A stretch of DNA of 64,000 nucleotides from positions 649,525 to 713,524 of the forward strand of contig CP092821.1 of NCBI GenBank assembly GCA_022530585.1, in the 5' to 3' direction. Source of the stretch: Candidatus Nealsonbacteria bacterium DGGOD1a. GTDB lineage: Bacteria; Patescibacteriota; Minisyncoccia; Minisyncoccales; UBA5738. The notes beneath the pieces are model-generated. The model had not been told where the DNA came from. It did no database searches and was given only the letters and a program-made list of their open reading frames with translations. A program made the position numbers and the translations under genes. Below, piece by piece: positions 36,485 to 45,071 of the stretch; positions within the stretch are counted from its first letter, which is position 1; each line of letters begins with the position of its first letter.

Positions 36485-37207
36485 ATGGATTTAATTCCAT
36501 TTAAAAAGATAATGTTGAGCAGCGTGACAGTCACGGCAATTCTTCCGGGAATATGTTCTGCTTCTTGTTCTACAAATGCAGCGGATTGTTTTCCGATGCC
36601 AACGTTTGCGGAATTTTTAACTGCGTCCGGAGATTGGATCACGGGTCCATTTATTATGATTTTTGGGATGATATGGCCTTTTTTATTATTTTTAGGAATT
36701 ATTATAACCCTTATATCTCTTCGTAGAAATCACATGCTAAGGCTACGGGATTGGATGGGCTTAGAATTATTTAAACGACTCATTGGGCTTTTCTTTTTAT
36801 ATTTGCTATTCCTTTTTATGCTTTATTTAAGTGATAAAGAGAAATTTTGGAAATGGTCTTTGGGGAGTTTGTTATTTCTGATTATAATTTCAGCCTTGGT
36901 TTCGATTATTCATAAATTCAAAAACAAAAATTGGCAAAAAAAGATGAATCAAATTATTTCGTTTGCTACGAAAAACAAATTAAATGATATTATTTATAAA
37001 TTTATCAACGAGTTCCGCCATAGCGGAAAAGGATTGAAATTTTCTTGGAATTATCGAGGATATAGCTTTGATTGTTATCGATTGGATGATTTGCGAAGTA
37101 TTTTACGCGAAAAAGGGCTGGAAATAACGAAAAGCAAGCTTCTTGATTTACTCATTTATTACATTGATATTCAGGAACGATCAATTACTTTAAAAGGATC
37201 AAATTGA
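36485..37207 (+). CDS. Hypothetical membrane protein (240 aa, AT-rich gene)
   Basis: ORF track. About five TM segments and a soluble C-terminal ~90 aa. Followed by hairpin terminators at 37218-37236 and 37262-37291. Confidence 0.55.
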   Translation: MDLIPFKKIMLSSVTVTAILPGICSASCSTNAADCFPMPTFAEFLTASGDWITGPFIMIFGMIWPFLLFLGIIITLISLRRNHMLRLRDWMGLELFKRLIGLFFLYLLFLFMLYLSDKEKFWKWSLGSLLFLIIISALVSIIHKFKNKNWQKKMNQIISFATKNKLNDIIYKFINEFRHSGKGLKFSWNYRGYSFDCYRLDDLRSILREKGLEITKSKLLDLLIYYIDIQERSITLKGSN

Positions 37208-37293
37208 CGACATCATTGAACACACCCTCGGTGTTCAATTTACGCATTTCTATTATAAATTAAAAAACTACACAATAAATTTTGTGTAGTTTT

Positions 37294-39039
37294 TCAATTG
37301 CGACTGTTGCCTGCCGCTTGCGCGGTAGTCGTCGCCGCGGTTGTGGTCGCGTAAATTGCCGGAGGGGCTGCGGGAGGCGCGGCGGGTTTTTTGATTTCTT
37401 CATTGGGCGGAAGCTGGCTCACATAGATCACATACTTCGCCAGTTCGGTGAAAACCGGGATGGCGGAATACTCGGCGGTGTTTACATTGGGAGCTTTGAG
37501 TTTGACCAGAATTAAAAATTTCGGATCATCGCTGGGAAAATAACCGATAAAACTCTGCGTGGTTTTGTCCGAATAACCCGATTGTTTGATGTTTAAAGTC
37601 GACCAAGACATTTGCGCCGTACCGGTTTTGCCCGAAATGGTATAGCCCAAAACCTTGGCGGCCTTGCCAAAACCGTTGTCAACCACGCTGGCCAGCATTT
37701 TGGAGATCGTTTTTGAAGTTTCCGGAGAAATCACCTGCCGTTTTTTCGCCGGATCAAATTCGGCGCGGCCGTCGCGCGCCACCGACGGCTGAACCAGCCG
37801 CCCGCCATTGGCCAACGCCGAATACGCGCGAATCAATTGGATTGATGTCATCCAAATACCCTGCCCGTAAGAAGCTGTCACATAATTGATCGCGTAACCT
37901 TTTTTGAATCCCGAATTATTGGAAAAAGTTTCCGGCAAATCAATGCCCGTAGGCTCGAAAACGCCGAATTTTTCGATATAATCGGTAAACTGCCGGTCGC
38001 CCAATTGCTTCTCCGCGAACGCCGCGCCCGTGTTAATCGAATGTTCCAAAACATTGATCATCGTTTGCCGGCCGTAAGAACGATGGCCGTAATTATAAAT
38101 GGTATCGGGTCCCACGGTGAGCGATCCGGAATCGAAATAACTGGTTTCGGGAGTAACCTTGCCGTCATTGAGCGCCGAAGCCATGGTAACGCCCTTGAAC
38201 ACCGAACCGGGCTCGAACAAAGTTTGGCAAGAATCGTTTCTGAATATATTGATATTTTTGTTCGCCGATTCTTTGTAATTGTTGGGGTCGAAATTGGGAT
38301 CTTTGGCCATGGCTAAAATCGCGCCGGTTTTCGGGTCGGCGACAATGGCTTCGGCATCCAATGCCTGGAGTTTTTCCCGCGCGGCCGCCAGCATTTTCTC
38401 GGCCTGGTATTGGATATTGTAATCAATATTCAGAACAATGCTTTTTCCTTTGGCCAATTCATCGTTATAATATTCTTCCAGCCCGTAACGGCCGATATTG
38501 TCATCATCGACAAACCCGGCCAGTTGAGCCGCCACGCCGCCTTGCGGATAATAACGCATCTTCTTTTGATCGGTATACACGCCCTTGATATCCGCCTCTT
38601 TAATTTCGCGGGCTTCATCATCGCTGATTTTTTCCTTAAGCGGAACATAAAGCGATTCCCGGTTGAATTTTTCGATAAGATCTTTTTCGTCCAAACCAAG
38701 AGTCTGCGCCACTTTCTGCGCCGCGAACTCTTTGTCTTTGATGTTCATTGGCGAAGCATAGGCGTAGTTGAAATCTTTGTTAATCGCCAAAGGCTGGCCT
38801 CCGGAAAAAAATATCTCGCCGCGAGTCGGCGCGGCGGTCTGGCGCGAGAACGACATCAGCCCCTGCGACCAAGCGCGGTAATGCTCGCTCATCGTTATTT
38901 GCAAATAATACAAACGCCCGGCAACCAACGCCCACGCCAAAAGCAGGCATCCCAGCGCGAAATTGGCGCGTAAATCAATATTGGCGGTTTTCGCGGTTTT
39001 TCTGGCGATCATACCCCTAATAAAATGCCCCGCGGCCAT
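37294..39039 (-). CDS. ftsI: Class B penicillin-binding protein / peptidoglycan transpeptidase (FtsI/PBP2-like)
   Basis: SxxK (GSVFKGVT), SxN (HSINTG) and KTG (KTGTA). N-terminal TM anchor. Pro/Ala/Thr-rich C-terminal tail. Confidence 0.9.
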   Translation of the reverse strand: MAAGHFIRGMIARKTAKTANIDLRANFALGCLLLAWALVAGRLYYLQITMSEHYRAWSQGLMSFSRQTAAPTRGEIFFSGGQPLAINKDFNYAYASPMNIKDKEFAAQKVAQTLGLDEKDLIEKFNRESLYVPLKEKISDDEAREIKEADIKGVYTDQKKMRYYPQGGVAAQLAGFVDDDNIGRYGLEEYYNDELAKGKSIVLNIDYNIQYQAEKMLAAAREKLQALDAEAIVADPKTGAILAMAKDPNFDPNNYKESANKNINIFRNDSCQTLFEPGSVFKGVTMASALNDGKVTPETSYFDSGSLTVGPDTIYNYGHRSYGRQTMINVLEHSINTGAAFAEKQLGDRQFTDYIEKFGVFEPTGIDLPETFSNNSGFKKGYAINYVTASYGQGIWMTSIQLIRAYSALANGGRLVQPSVARDGRAEFDPAKKRQVISPETSKTISKMLASVVDNGFGKAAKVLGYTISGKTGTAQMSWSTLNIKQSGYSDKTTQSFIGYFPSDDPKFLILVKLKAPNVNTAEYSAIPVFTELAKYVIYVSQLPPNEEIKKPAAPPAAPPAIYATTTAATTTAQAAGNSRN

Positions 39040-39091
39040 GGCGAGGCATGATTATCCAAATTTGAAATATAATAAGTTGTCGGCATCTGAT

Positions 39092-39415
39092 TTATCTTCT
39101 TGCAAACTGTTCCTTGGGCGCTTGGACATACCGAATGCCGGCCACATCAACTTTTTCGTAATTTCCGGCCTGCGCGATCTCATATTGGTTGAAATTTTCC
39201 AGAGAATTTGATTGGGAAAGCTTGGCTTCGAGAATATCATTCTCCGAAGATAGCGCCGCGATCCGCTTTTTCGAATCTCCCAACAATGAGTTCTGATGGA
39301 TATTCGCGTTAATCTGCAAAACCGCGCCCGCCAACAAAGAAAACACCGCCAACGACGCGACCATCCAAAAACTTTTTGTTTCCCTTTTCGCGCGGGATCG
39401 CGATTGTCTGTTCAT
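39092..39415 (-). CDS. ftsL: FtsL/DivIC-like cell-division protein
   Basis: Basic N-terminus, single TM helix and a coiled coil. Canonical position between rsmH and ftsI. Confidence 0.55.
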   Translation of the reverse strand: MNRQSRSRAKRETKSFWMVASLAVFSLLAGAVLQINANIHQNSLLGDSKKRIAALSSENDILEAKLSQSNSLENFNQYEIAQAGNYEKVDVAGIRYVQAPKEQFARR

Positions 39416-39437
39416 AATGTATATGTCTTTAAAATGA

Positions 39438-40355
39438 TTAAACTGTTTTCATTATCGCCCGCAATTTTGCCGAGCGCGCCCGAGGGTTTTTTGAAATTTC
39501 TTGTCTGCTTGCCACGACCGGCTTTTTAAATATCAACTTCGCGCGGCCCGATTTTGCCAATTCGACGAATTTTCGTTTCACAATCCCGTCTTCAAGCGAG
39601 TGGAACGAAACTACCGCCATCCTGCCGCCATCTTCCAAGAGATTGAAACCATCGCCGATCCCCTTTTCGACATTCTCAAACTCGCGGTTAACTTCAATTC
39701 GCAATGCTTGGAAAATCCTTGCCAATCCCGGCCTTTTCCGCGGCGGCCCGGGGATTTTTTCGATCAAAGCCGCCAGCTGGCGCGTCGTTTCGATCGGTTT
39801 TCGCGATCTGGCTTTCTCGATCGTTTCGACAATTTTTCCGGCGTTCCCTTCCTGGCCGTAATCTTTAAAAATTCTCTCTAAATCCGGCACCGGATATTTG
39901 TTAATAATTTCAGCCGCGGTTGTTCCTCCCGAGGAATACCTCATATCAAGCAGCTCGTCTTTTGAAAAACTGAAACCCTTTCGGCTTTCATCCAGATGCC
40001 ACGACGACATCCCCAAATCAAATAATATTCCGCCGATTTTATTAAAATTATGCTTTTTAACAATCGCCTCGACATTCGCGTAAGAATCGTTTTCGATTAT
40101 CAGCCTTTTGTTTTGTCGGATTTCGGCAGGCAGGCTATCCAGACTCCGGTCGTCCCATTCAATCCCCAGCACAATCCCGTCCGGCGCGGTCATTTCCAAT
40201 ATCGCCAAACTGTGCCCGCCAAAGCCAAATGTGCAATCAATAAAATTTTCACCGGGCTTGGGATCCAGCGCCTTGATCGTTTCTTTCAATAAAACAGGTA
40301 TGTGCACTTTAAAACTCCAATTTTCAATAAATGGCACAATGTTCCAATGTTTCAA
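39438..40355 (-). CDS. rsmH: 16S rRNA (cytosine1402-N4)-methyltransferase RsmH (MraW)
   Basis: HIPVLLKETI, DCTFGFGGHS and FHSLEDGIVKR motifs. Confidence 0.94.
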   Translation of the reverse strand: MKHWNIVPFIENWSFKVHIPVLLKETIKALDPKPGENFIDCTFGFGGHSLAILEMTAPDGIVLGIEWDDRSLDSLPAEIRQNKRLIIENDSYANVEAIVKKHNFNKIGGILFDLGMSSWHLDESRKGFSFSKDELLDMRYSSGGTTAAEIINKYPVPDLERIFKDYGQEGNAGKIVETIEKARSRKPIETTRQLAALIEKIPGPPRKRPGLARIFQALRIEVNREFENVEKGIGDGFNLLEDGGRMAVVSFHSLEDGIVKRKFVELAKSGRAKLIFKKPVVASRQEISKNPRARSAKLRAIMKTV

Positions 40356-40431
40356 ACAAAATTCAAGTGCGCATTCCGTTTGTTACATTGATAAATTGAA
40401 AATTCATTGAAAATTGAAAATTGAAAATTAT

Positions 40432-40884
40432 TCAAACGCCTAATTCATTCAGCCTCTCCGCGATATTTCCGGCTTCTTTTTCCGTAACTTTTTTGTACGA
40501 CTTCCAAATATCCTCGTCCCAGATTTCAATGCGGCTGTACAGCCCGGCCACCACCACTTTCTTTTTCAGCTGCGCGTAATCTTTTAAATAATCAGGAACT
40601 AAAATCCGGCCCAGATTGTCAAATTCGACTTCCATCGCCCCCGAAAGCATTATCCGCGAAAATCCCCGGGCGTCGGCGCGCGACAACGGCATTTCGCTCA
40701 ATTTTCGGGCCAGCTTTTCCCATTCGCCGCTGGAATAGAGAAAAAGGCAATTATCCAAACCGCGGGTGATCACTCCCCCTTTTTTTAATTGCCGGCGAAA
40801 TTTCGGCGGCACGGCCAATCTTTTCTTGTCGTCGATTGAATATGAATACTCGCCAATAAACATTTCATTTAAGGAAGCTTTCAC
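40432..40884 (-). CDS. mraZ: Transcriptional regulator MraZ
   Basis: FIGEYSYSIDDKKRLAVPPKFR and a second SpoVT/AbrB-like repeat. Length 150 aa. Confidence 0.94.
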   Translation of the reverse strand: MKASLNEMFIGEYSYSIDDKKRLAVPPKFRRQLKKGGVITRGLDNCLFLYSSGEWEKLARKLSEMPLSRADARGFSRIMLSGAMEVEFDNLGRILVPDYLKDYAQLKKKVVVAGLYSRIEIWDEDIWKSYKKVTEKEAGNIAERLNELGV

Positions 40885-40920
40885 AAACGGCTTCCATATA
40901 TTTCCCGTAAATCCATCTTA

Positions 40921-40944
40921 CCACTCGTTTCCACTTCTTACCAC
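40921..40944 (-). promoter_or_regulatory. Candidate MraZ operator: three GTGG boxes with exact 10-nt phasing
   Basis: Plus-strand CCAC at 40921, 40931 and 40941. Minus strand reads GTGGtaagaaGTGGaaacgaGTGG, between the predicted -10 and the mraZ ATG. Confidence 0.5.
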
Positions 40945-40962
40945 TTTTTAACACCTATACCT

Positions 40963-40991
40963 ACTTTAGTCCCATTCAATCCCATTGTCAA
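40963..40991 (-). promoter_or_regulatory. Candidate Pmra promoter
   Basis: Minus strand TTGACA (40991-40986), 17-nt spacer, TAAAGT (40968-40963). The spacer contains ATGGGA twice. Confidence 0.55.
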
Positions 40992-41043
40992 ATCCAAGGA
41001 AAATAAAGCTAAATCGGGGTGTTTTTCCACAGGGGCAAATATC

Positions 41044-41069
41044 AAAAAACCGCGGGATTGCCGCGGTTT
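41044..41069 (-). terminator. Intrinsic terminator after the response-regulator gene
   Basis: Minus strand AAACCGCGG-CAATC-CCGCGGTTTTTT. Confidence 0.75.
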
Positions 41070-41080
41070 CCAAGATTGAT

Positions 41081-41500
41081 TTATGAAAGCGTTGTCCCAA
41101 CTCGATGGCTGTTTTCGAAATAATCATTCATTATCTCCAGCAGTTCCGCCGGATTATAATGCGCCTTGATGAGATATTTCTCGGGTTTTATACCCAAATG
41201 ATTTATCTGGCGGTCAAGATCGGGATTCTGGTAATTGGTAACCGCGAACACCGGGATGCCGCGCGTGATGAAATTCTTTTTCATCGCCTTTAATATCTCG
41301 ATTCCGTGGCCATCGACAAGCATAAAATCCAAAACCACCAAATCGGGTTTGCTCGAATTGCCGTTGCGGATCTGGCGCAACTCTTCAAGCATCTCGTCCT
41401 TGCTTGAAGCCAGCTCGACTTCAAAATCCGCATGCTCAAACATTCGGCGATAAAGATTGATCTGGACAGGTTCGCTTTCGACAAGAATTATTTTTTTCAT
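41081..41500 (-). CDS. Stand-alone response-regulator receiver domain protein (CheY-like)
   Basis: Receiver acidic pocket (LVES...DLVVLDFMLVDGHG) and conserved T/K (VFAVTN...KPEKY). No output domain. Confidence 0.85.
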   Translation of the reverse strand: MKKIILVESEPVQINLYRRMFEHADFEVELASSKDEMLEELRQIRNGNSSKPDLVVLDFMLVDGHGIEILKAMKKNFITRGIPVFAVTNYQNPDLDRQINHLGIKPEKYLIKAHYNPAELLEIMNDYFENSHRVGTTLS

Positions 41501-42171
41501 TTTATGATTTTTACAAAACGCAATTCGCCGAACTGATCGTTAAAAAACTCCGCTGACGAATATCCGCCGGCTTCAACCATCTTTTTGACCGCGTTCGCTT
41601 GCGATTTGTCGAATTCCATATAGATGAAACCGCGAACTTTCAAAAAATTTTTGGCCTCTTTTAAAAATTTATCGATTGTGTCCGTTCCCCCGGCGCCGGA
41701 AAAAAGCGCGGTACGCGGTTCATAATCAAGGACCGATTTTTGCACCTCGCCGATTCTGGCCGGATCAATGTAGGGCGGATTGGCCAAAATGGCATCGTAT
41801 GTGTTTCCTGCAGGGATGTCGTTGAAAATATCGGATTTAAAGATATTAACGCGATTTTTATCGATACCGTTGATTTCAAGATTGATTTTTATCTGCCAAA
41901 CGGCGCGAGAATCAATATCGGACAAATCGACATTCGCGGCCGGCAACTTTTTCGCCGCCGCAACGCCGATACAGCCCGAACCGGAAAAAATATCCAGAAT
42001 CCGAAGATTCTCTTTCTTTAAATTTTCCAAATCCTTGATTGCCGCGGCAGTCCAAAATTCGGTTTCGGGCCGCGGAATCAACACGCGCATGGAAAGATCA
42101 ATCTTGCATCCGAGAAATATCGCGCGGCCGGTTTGGTATTCTTCGGGAAGATCGGATTCTGTTTTGACCAT
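41497..42171 (-). CDS. prmC: Release-factor glutamine N5-methyltransferase PrmC/HemK (short form)
   Basis: SAM-binding DIFSGSGCIG and the NPPY motif (ILANPPYI). Confidence 0.85.
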   Translation of the reverse strand: MVKTESDLPEEYQTGRAIFLGCKIDLSMRVLIPRPETEFWTAAAIKDLENLKKENLRILDIFSGSGCIGVAAAKKLPAANVDLSDIDSRAVWQIKINLEINGIDKNRVNIFKSDIFNDIPAGNTYDAILANPPYIDPARIGEVQKSVLDYEPRTALFSGAGGTDTIDKFLKEAKNFLKVRGFIYMEFDKSQANAVKKMVEAGGYSSAEFFNDQFGELRFVKIIK

Positions 42172-42180
42172 CGCGAATTT

Positions 42181-42927
42181 CTATTTATGGATCACGCTTC
42201 CGTCAAACGGTTCGCCGTCGATCGCTTTTTGGAAATTGTCGAAATCCGTGCCTCGAATAAGTTTGGCGGTAAGATTGATTTTCTTCGCCACCTTGGCTCC
42301 GGCCGGATCAACCGGCGAAGATAATCCGGGAATCCATTTCGCCGGAATCAATTTTTGATACTCGCTCCATGTCAAATCCATTATCGGCTTGGCGTCGGAA
42401 AATTTGCGCGGATCCTTGTCGCACACATAGGGCGCGTCGCCGGCGATAATCACTTCCGGCTGGTTGAATAATCTGGCGCACTGGATCGCGTCGTAATCGG
42501 TCGACCATCCCGGCTGCCAGCCGGAGACCATCAAAACCTTTTTATTGCTTTTTAAAAACGCGTTGATTTCTTTTCTTCCGGGTTCATGGTCAAGGATTCG
42601 CGGGAAAGAAACTTCTTTCAAAATTTTGGCCATAAACAACGCGTTGGTTTTGGTTGCCTGAATGCCGATCCAGTCAAGATCAAGGTTGTTCTTTTTTTCG
42701 CCCAAAACTTCGCGGGCGGCCTTCTGGTACATCCGGCAGGGTTTACCTCCGCCCACCACAATAATAAACCTTTTGCCTTTTTTCGCGTGTTTAAGAATAA
42801 ATTGGCGGAACTCGCGCAAAAACGAAACATCCAAGCCGTTTAAACTTGCTTCGGCGTACGGATACACGATGGAACCCCCCAAAGAAACGACGACAATCCC
42901 CGGCTTTTCGGCTATTTTTTTATTCAT
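42181..42927 (-). CDS. pyrH: UMP kinase, archaeal-type (amino-acid-kinase fold)
   Basis: VVSLGGSIV, IVVGGGKPCRMY, IGIQATKTNA, PGWSTDYDA and VDPAGAKV, collinear with archaeal PyrH. Confidence 0.75.
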   Translation of the reverse strand: MNKKIAEKPGIVVVSLGGSIVYPYAEASLNGLDVSFLREFRQFILKHAKKGKRFIIVVGGGKPCRMYQKAAREVLGEKKNNLDLDWIGIQATKTNALFMAKILKEVSFPRILDHEPGRKEINAFLKSNKKVLMVSGWQPGWSTDYDAIQCARLFNQPEVIIAGDAPYVCDKDPRKFSDAKPIMDLTWSEYQKLIPAKWIPGLSSPVDPAGAKVAKKINLTAKLIRGTDFDNFQKAIDGEPFDGSVIHK

Positions 42928-43063
42928 AATCTTTTGTTTTCAGGCAAAAAAAATATAATACTATTATATTTCTTATATATTTCTTATCTTCTTTATCCTA
43001 CTCCTTTTCGGAAAAATCTTCAAGATGTCTTCAAAAAAACGAATTTTCTGCTAATATCCACCT

Positions 43064-43558
43064 ATGGAACCAATGTATATCTATCCGGGCACTTTTTGTC
43101 CGCCGCATTACGGACATATCGCCGTTGCCAAAGAAGCGGTGGCGGTTTTTGGAAAGATAACCGTTATTTGCTCGGTCAATCCGGTCAAAGAAGGCAAAAT
43201 GCCGTTCGACCCGAAGGAATGCAAAAAAATGTGGAAAAGTTACGACCTTGGGAAAAACATTGATGTCGTCACTCTCGACGAGTTTCTAGCAAATAGAGAC
43301 AACTCGGTAACGACCATAATGATCCGCGGTATCCGCAACGACAATGACATCAAATACGAAAACAGCGTCATACTTTATAATTGCGAAAACTACGGCGTCC
43401 GGCATTACCATTACATCTTGAGCCGAAAAGAGTTTGAAAATATGTCATCCACCAAAGCGCGTTTGGCCGCAAAATCCGGCGATCTGGCCGAACTCGAAAA
43501 ATTGGTCAACGCGGGCACCTCCGCAAAAATGCTGGAAAGATTCCGCATCGAGAATTAA
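43064..43558 (+). CDS. coaD: Phosphopantetheine adenylyltransferase
   Basis: YPGTFCPPHYGHI (variant of GTFDPxxxGH), IRGIRNDNDIKYE and SSTKAR. Length 164 aa. Confidence 0.75.
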   Translation: MEPMYIYPGTFCPPHYGHIAVAKEAVAVFGKITVICSVNPVKEGKMPFDPKECKKMWKSYDLGKNIDVVTLDEFLANRDNSVTTIMIRGIRNDNDIKYENSVILYNCENYGVRHYHYILSRKEFENMSSTKARLAAKSGDLAELEKLVNAGTSAKMLERFRIEN

Positions 43559-43600
43559 AATTCACTCCCATTGTCATTTGTTTGAAAATTGACAATTGAA

Positions 43601-43741
43601 AATAAATTGGGTTCTTGCGTCGGGGTATTAACCCCGCCGCAACCAGAGGATGTTTCCTCGAAGATTACTTCCGATTACTAAGGAATCCTCATTCTTTTTA
43701 TTCCCCGCAGCAAGCTGACGGGGTATAAAAAGAATTAAAAA
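43601..43741. repeat. Family A repeat, copy 4 (full length: left, middle and right modules)
   Basis: AAATAAATTGGGTTCTTGCGTCGGGGTATTAACCCCGCC...CGAAGATTACTTCCGATTACTAAGGAATCC...ATTCTTTTTATTCCCCGCAGCAAGCTGACGGGGTATAAAAAGAAT. Confidence 0.85.
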
Positions 43742-43772
43742 ACCGGAAGTTATTCCGGTTTTTTGGCGCGTG

Positions 43773-43844
43773 TGCCCCCAGCAGGGCTCGAACCTGCAAC
43801 AAACTGCTTAAAAGGCAGCTACTCTACCATTGAGTTATGGGGGC
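43773..43844 (-). tRNA. tRNA-Lys (anticodon UUU)
   Basis: Reverse complement GCCCCCATAACTCAATGGTAGAGTAGCTGCCTTTTAAGCAGT...GCAGGTTCGAGCCCTGCTGGGGGCA. Anticodon loop CTTTTAA. CCA not encoded. Confidence 0.9.
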
Positions 43845-43904
43845 AAACTCTTCCCCGCTTGAGGGCGGGGGAAAATTTTCAATTTCTAATTTTCAAACGA
43901 GATA

Positions 43905-45011
43905 CTATAAACCTTCGTTTCTCAACTGTTCCAACAGTTCTTTTTGTTTGCGATTTAATTTTTTGGGAATTTCCACATTGATCCGGGCATACATATTGCC
44001 GCGGCCATAACCGGAAAATCGAGTAACGCCTTTGCCGGAAACCCGGAAGACTTTTCCCGATTCGGTGCCGGCAGGCACTTTCAACAATATGTTTTTGCCC
44101 TCAATGGTCGGCAATTCAATCTCTCCGCCCAAGGCCGCTTGCGCCATAGTGATATTTTCCGCCACATACAGATCATCGCCTTTCCGGTCAAACACCGGAT
44201 GGGCTTTGACGAATATCCGCACATAAACATCGCCGGATTTCCCGCCTCTTCTCCCAGCCTCACCTCTTTGTTCTATCTTAATTACCTGGTTGTTGTCAAC
44301 CCCGGTCGGAATTGATACTTTGATTTTTTCATCGTTCTTCACCCGGCCTTCGCCTTTGCAAACATTGCACGGCTTCTCGGGCCGATAGCCTTCGCCCGCG
44401 CACTCCGGACAAATAACATATTTGGTGAATGACCCCATGAAAGTTTTCTTGATCTGCTGGACCTGACCGGTGCCGCGGCAGGAAAAACACTCTTTGATTT
44501 TGGTTCCCGGTTCGGCGCCCGATCCGGTACACCGCGGGCAAACATTGTTCTTTGACACCACAAATTCTTTTTCCGCGCCAAAAAACGCTTCTTCCAAAGA
44601 AATCTCTATGTCCAAACGGATGTCTTTGCCCTTTTTGGGATCGCGGCGTTTTTTGCCCGGATGGCCGAATCCGAACATTTCTTCCATCATATCGCCCAAA
44701 TCCTCGAATTGCACATCGAAATCCGCGCCCGGCCTGCCCCAAAACCAGCCGTCCTGCGAAGCGCCGCCGCCAAAACCGCCAAAACCTCCGCCGCCCGGCT
44801 GTCCCGTGAACGCATTGCCATATTGATCGTACTGGGTGCGCTTGTCTTTGTCCGACAATATCTGGTAGGCTTCGTTTATTTCCTTGAACTTTTCCGCGTC
44901 GCCGCCTTTGTCCGGATGGTACTTGTGCGCCAAATTACGATACGCTTTTTTGATATCGTCGGCGCTCGCGGTTTTTTCAACCCCCAAAATTTTGTAATAA
45001 TCTTTGCTCAT
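43905..45011 (-). CDS. dnaJ: Chaperone DnaJ
   Basis: J-domain (DYYKILGV...HPDK), G/F region and four CxxCxGxG zinc-finger repeats. Confidence 0.95.
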   Translation of the reverse strand: MSKDYYKILGVEKTASADDIKKAYRNLAHKYHPDKGGDAEKFKEINEAYQILSDKDKRTQYDQYGNAFTGQPGGGGFGGFGGGASQDGWFWGRPGADFDVQFEDLGDMMEEMFGFGHPGKKRRDPKKGKDIRLDIEISLEEAFFGAEKEFVVSKNNVCPRCTGSGAEPGTKIKECFSCRGTGQVQQIKKTFMGSFTKYVICPECAGEGYRPEKPCNVCKGEGRVKNDEKIKVSIPTGVDNNQVIKIEQRGEAGRRGGKSGDVYVRIFVKAHPVFDRKGDDLYVAENITMAQAALGGEIELPTIEGKNILLKVPAGTESGKVFRVSGKGVTRFSGYGRGNMYARINVEIPKKLNRKQKELLEQLRNEGL

Positions 45012-45071
45012 TTTTTGGATTGAATGTTAAAGTCCGCCTCACCGCAGTGAAGCGGACTCACTCAAACTCAA

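Noticed and set aside
34951-37291. A bona fide integrated prophage or genomic island at tRNA-Glu
   Set aside because: There is no integrase or recombinase, no structural phage genes, and no direct repeat of the tRNA 3' end at the far boundary. Only the composition shift and cargo-like genes remain, so it is reported as an islet with uncertain origin.
43763-43981. 72-aa ORF (MARVPPAGLEPATNCLKGSY...), and the similar ORF at 57603-57821
   Set aside because: These are translations of the antisense of tRNA genes (tRNA-Lys, and the tRNA-Met/CAU cluster). GLEP/RLDSNQRP-type peptides are classic tRNA shadow ORFs.
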